DNA of 31,770 nucleotides, from the NCBI GenBank assembly GCA_964016885.1, contig CAXHJY010000512.1, positions 1 through 31,770 of the forward strand. Direction: 5' to 3'. The translations under genes and the position numbers were made by a program. Each line of letters starts with the position of its first letter. Position 1 is the stretch's first letter. The DNA comes from Eledone cirrhosa. Taxonomy: Eukaryota. The notes under the pieces are model-generated. The model was not told the origin of the DNA. It made no database searches and saw only the letters and a program-made list of their open reading frames with translations. This document shows, piece after piece, positions 30,375-31,770 of the stretch.

Positions 30375-30453
30375 CTCTGGCTTCTGATTGGTCCGCGTAA
30401 TAATAATACGGGTGATGCGTGGGGGCTCTGGGTTATGATTGGTCCACGTAATA
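30375..30453. promoter_or_regulatory. two 28-bp direct repeats, each with a CCAAT box and CC(A/G)CGT core (ERSE-II-like)
   Basis: CTCTGG-N4-TGATTGGTCC(G/A)CGTAATA at 30375 and 30426; function inferred only. Confidence 0.45.
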
Positions 30454-30547
30454 GCAATGGGGGGGGCGAGGGGGCGGGAGGGAGGGGGTGGGGGAGCAGT
30501 GTTTTTTGGGTTGGTGGGATGGGGGAGCGACGGGCTGTGGGAGGTGA

Positions 30548-31770
30548 TGTGTGTGTGTGTGTATGGTGTGTGTATGTGGGTGTGTATGTGTGTGTGTGTA
30601 TGTGTGTGTGTGTATGTGTGTCTATGTGTGTGTGTGTATGTGTGTGTGTGTATGTGTGTGTATACTGTGTGTGTGTATGTGTGTGTGTGTATGTGTGTGT
30701 GTGTATGTGTGTGTATCGTGTGTGTGTGTATGTGTGTGTGTGTAAGTGTGTGTGTGTATGTGTGTATATGTGTGTGTGTGTCATGGTAGTGTGTGTGTAT
30801 GTGTGCTGTATAGTGTGTGTGTATGTGTGTGTGTGTATGTGTGTGTGTGTATGTGTGTGTATGTGTGTGTGTGTATGTGTGTGTATGTGTGTGTGTGTAT
30901 GTGTGTGTAGTGTAAGTGTGTGAGTGTCTGTGTGTGTGTGTATGTGTGTGTGTGTATGTGTGTGTAGTGTATGTGTGTGTGTGTCTGTGTGTGTCTGTGT
31001 AGTGTGTGTATGTGTGTGTTGTGTGTCTATGTGTGTGTGGTGTGTGTGTCTGTGTGTGTGTGTATAAGTGTGTGAATGTGTGTGTGTGTGTATGTGTGTG
31101 TATCTGTGTGTGAAAGTGTGTGTGTGTAATGTGTGTCTATGTGTGTGTATGTGTGTGTGTGTGTTGTCTTTGTGTATATGTGTGTGTATGTGTGTGTGTG
31201 TGTATGTGTGTGTATATGTGAGTGTATAGGTGTGTGTGTATGTGTGGTATGCTGTGTGGTGTGTGTCTGTGTGTGTATGTGTGTGTGTGTGTATATGTGT
31301 CGTGTGTGTGTGTGTGAGTATATGTACGTGTATGTGTGTGTGTGTGTATATGTGTGTATGTGTGTGTGTGTATGTGTGTGTAATGTGTGTGTGTGTATGT
31401 GTGTAGTGTGTGTATATGTGTGTGTATGTGTGTGAGTATGGTGTGTGTATGTTTGTGTGTATGTGTGTGTGTATGTGTAGTGTGTGTGTACTGTGTTGTC
31501 AGTGTATGTGTGTATGTGTGTGTGTGTACTGTGTGTATGTGTGTGTGTATGAGTGTATGTGTGTGTGTATGTGTGTGTGTCTGATGTGTGTGTCTGTGTG
31601 TGTGTAGTGTGTGTGTGTGAGTGTATGGTGTGTGAGTGTGTGTGAGTGAGTGTGTGTGTGGGTATGTGTGTGTGTCTGTGTGTGTGGTGTAGTGTGTGTG
31701 TTGTGTGTGTATGTGTGTGTACTGTGTGTGAGTGTCGTGTAATTGTGTGTATGTGTGTGTTGTATGTGTG
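30548..31770. repeat. degenerate (GT)n/(ATGT)n array running off the window end
   Basis: Seen directly. Confidence 0.97.

Larger units (their letters stand above)
26706..30547 (-). mobile_element. near full-length RTE LINE, family A copy 3
   Basis: C-rich 5' region, APE (GTINVGTL, CIQETRW, SAYAPQ, AGDLNGH, VDYIL, SQH), RT, Cys/His insert, 3' UTR and (GAT)n tail; 5' boundary uncertain. Confidence 0.95.

Noticed and set aside
30213-31607. Cys/Val-rich and Thr/His-rich ORFs
   Set aside because: Translation of (GT)n/(CA)n repeats; not metallothionein-like genes

Overview
Eukaryotic, gene-free, repeat-saturated DNA. The huge degenerate (AT)n/(ATAC)n arrays, CORE-type tRNA SINEs and RTE LINEs suggest an octopus or other cephalopod (inference, not proven). 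More than half of the window is microsatellite, and all the long Ile/Tyr/His/Cys ORFs are artefacts of it. Embedded in the arrays are: (i) four copies of an RTE-clade LINE group with a Cys/His finger inserted after the RT core and (GAT)n tails, one near full length with a single frameshift (26706-30547); (ii) a complete RTE of another family split by an apparent twin-priming 5' inversion (21613-24931); (iii) two bipartite non-autonomous BovB-like RTE elements and one internally deleted, interrupted relative; (iv) a 3' fragment of an R4/Dong RLE element in (AAT)n; (v) two tRNA/CORE SINEs with different tails, one sharing the LINE 3' UTR; (vi) Penelope-like remnants with three hammerhead-ribozyme-like motifs; (vii) a small MITE-like element. 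The most interesting signals are the lossless inversion and the RNA structure: a covarying 5'-3' long-range helix in the BovB-like elements, tandem pseudoknots in the LINE/SINE 3' UTR, and the hammerheads. All folds were derived by eye and none was computed.
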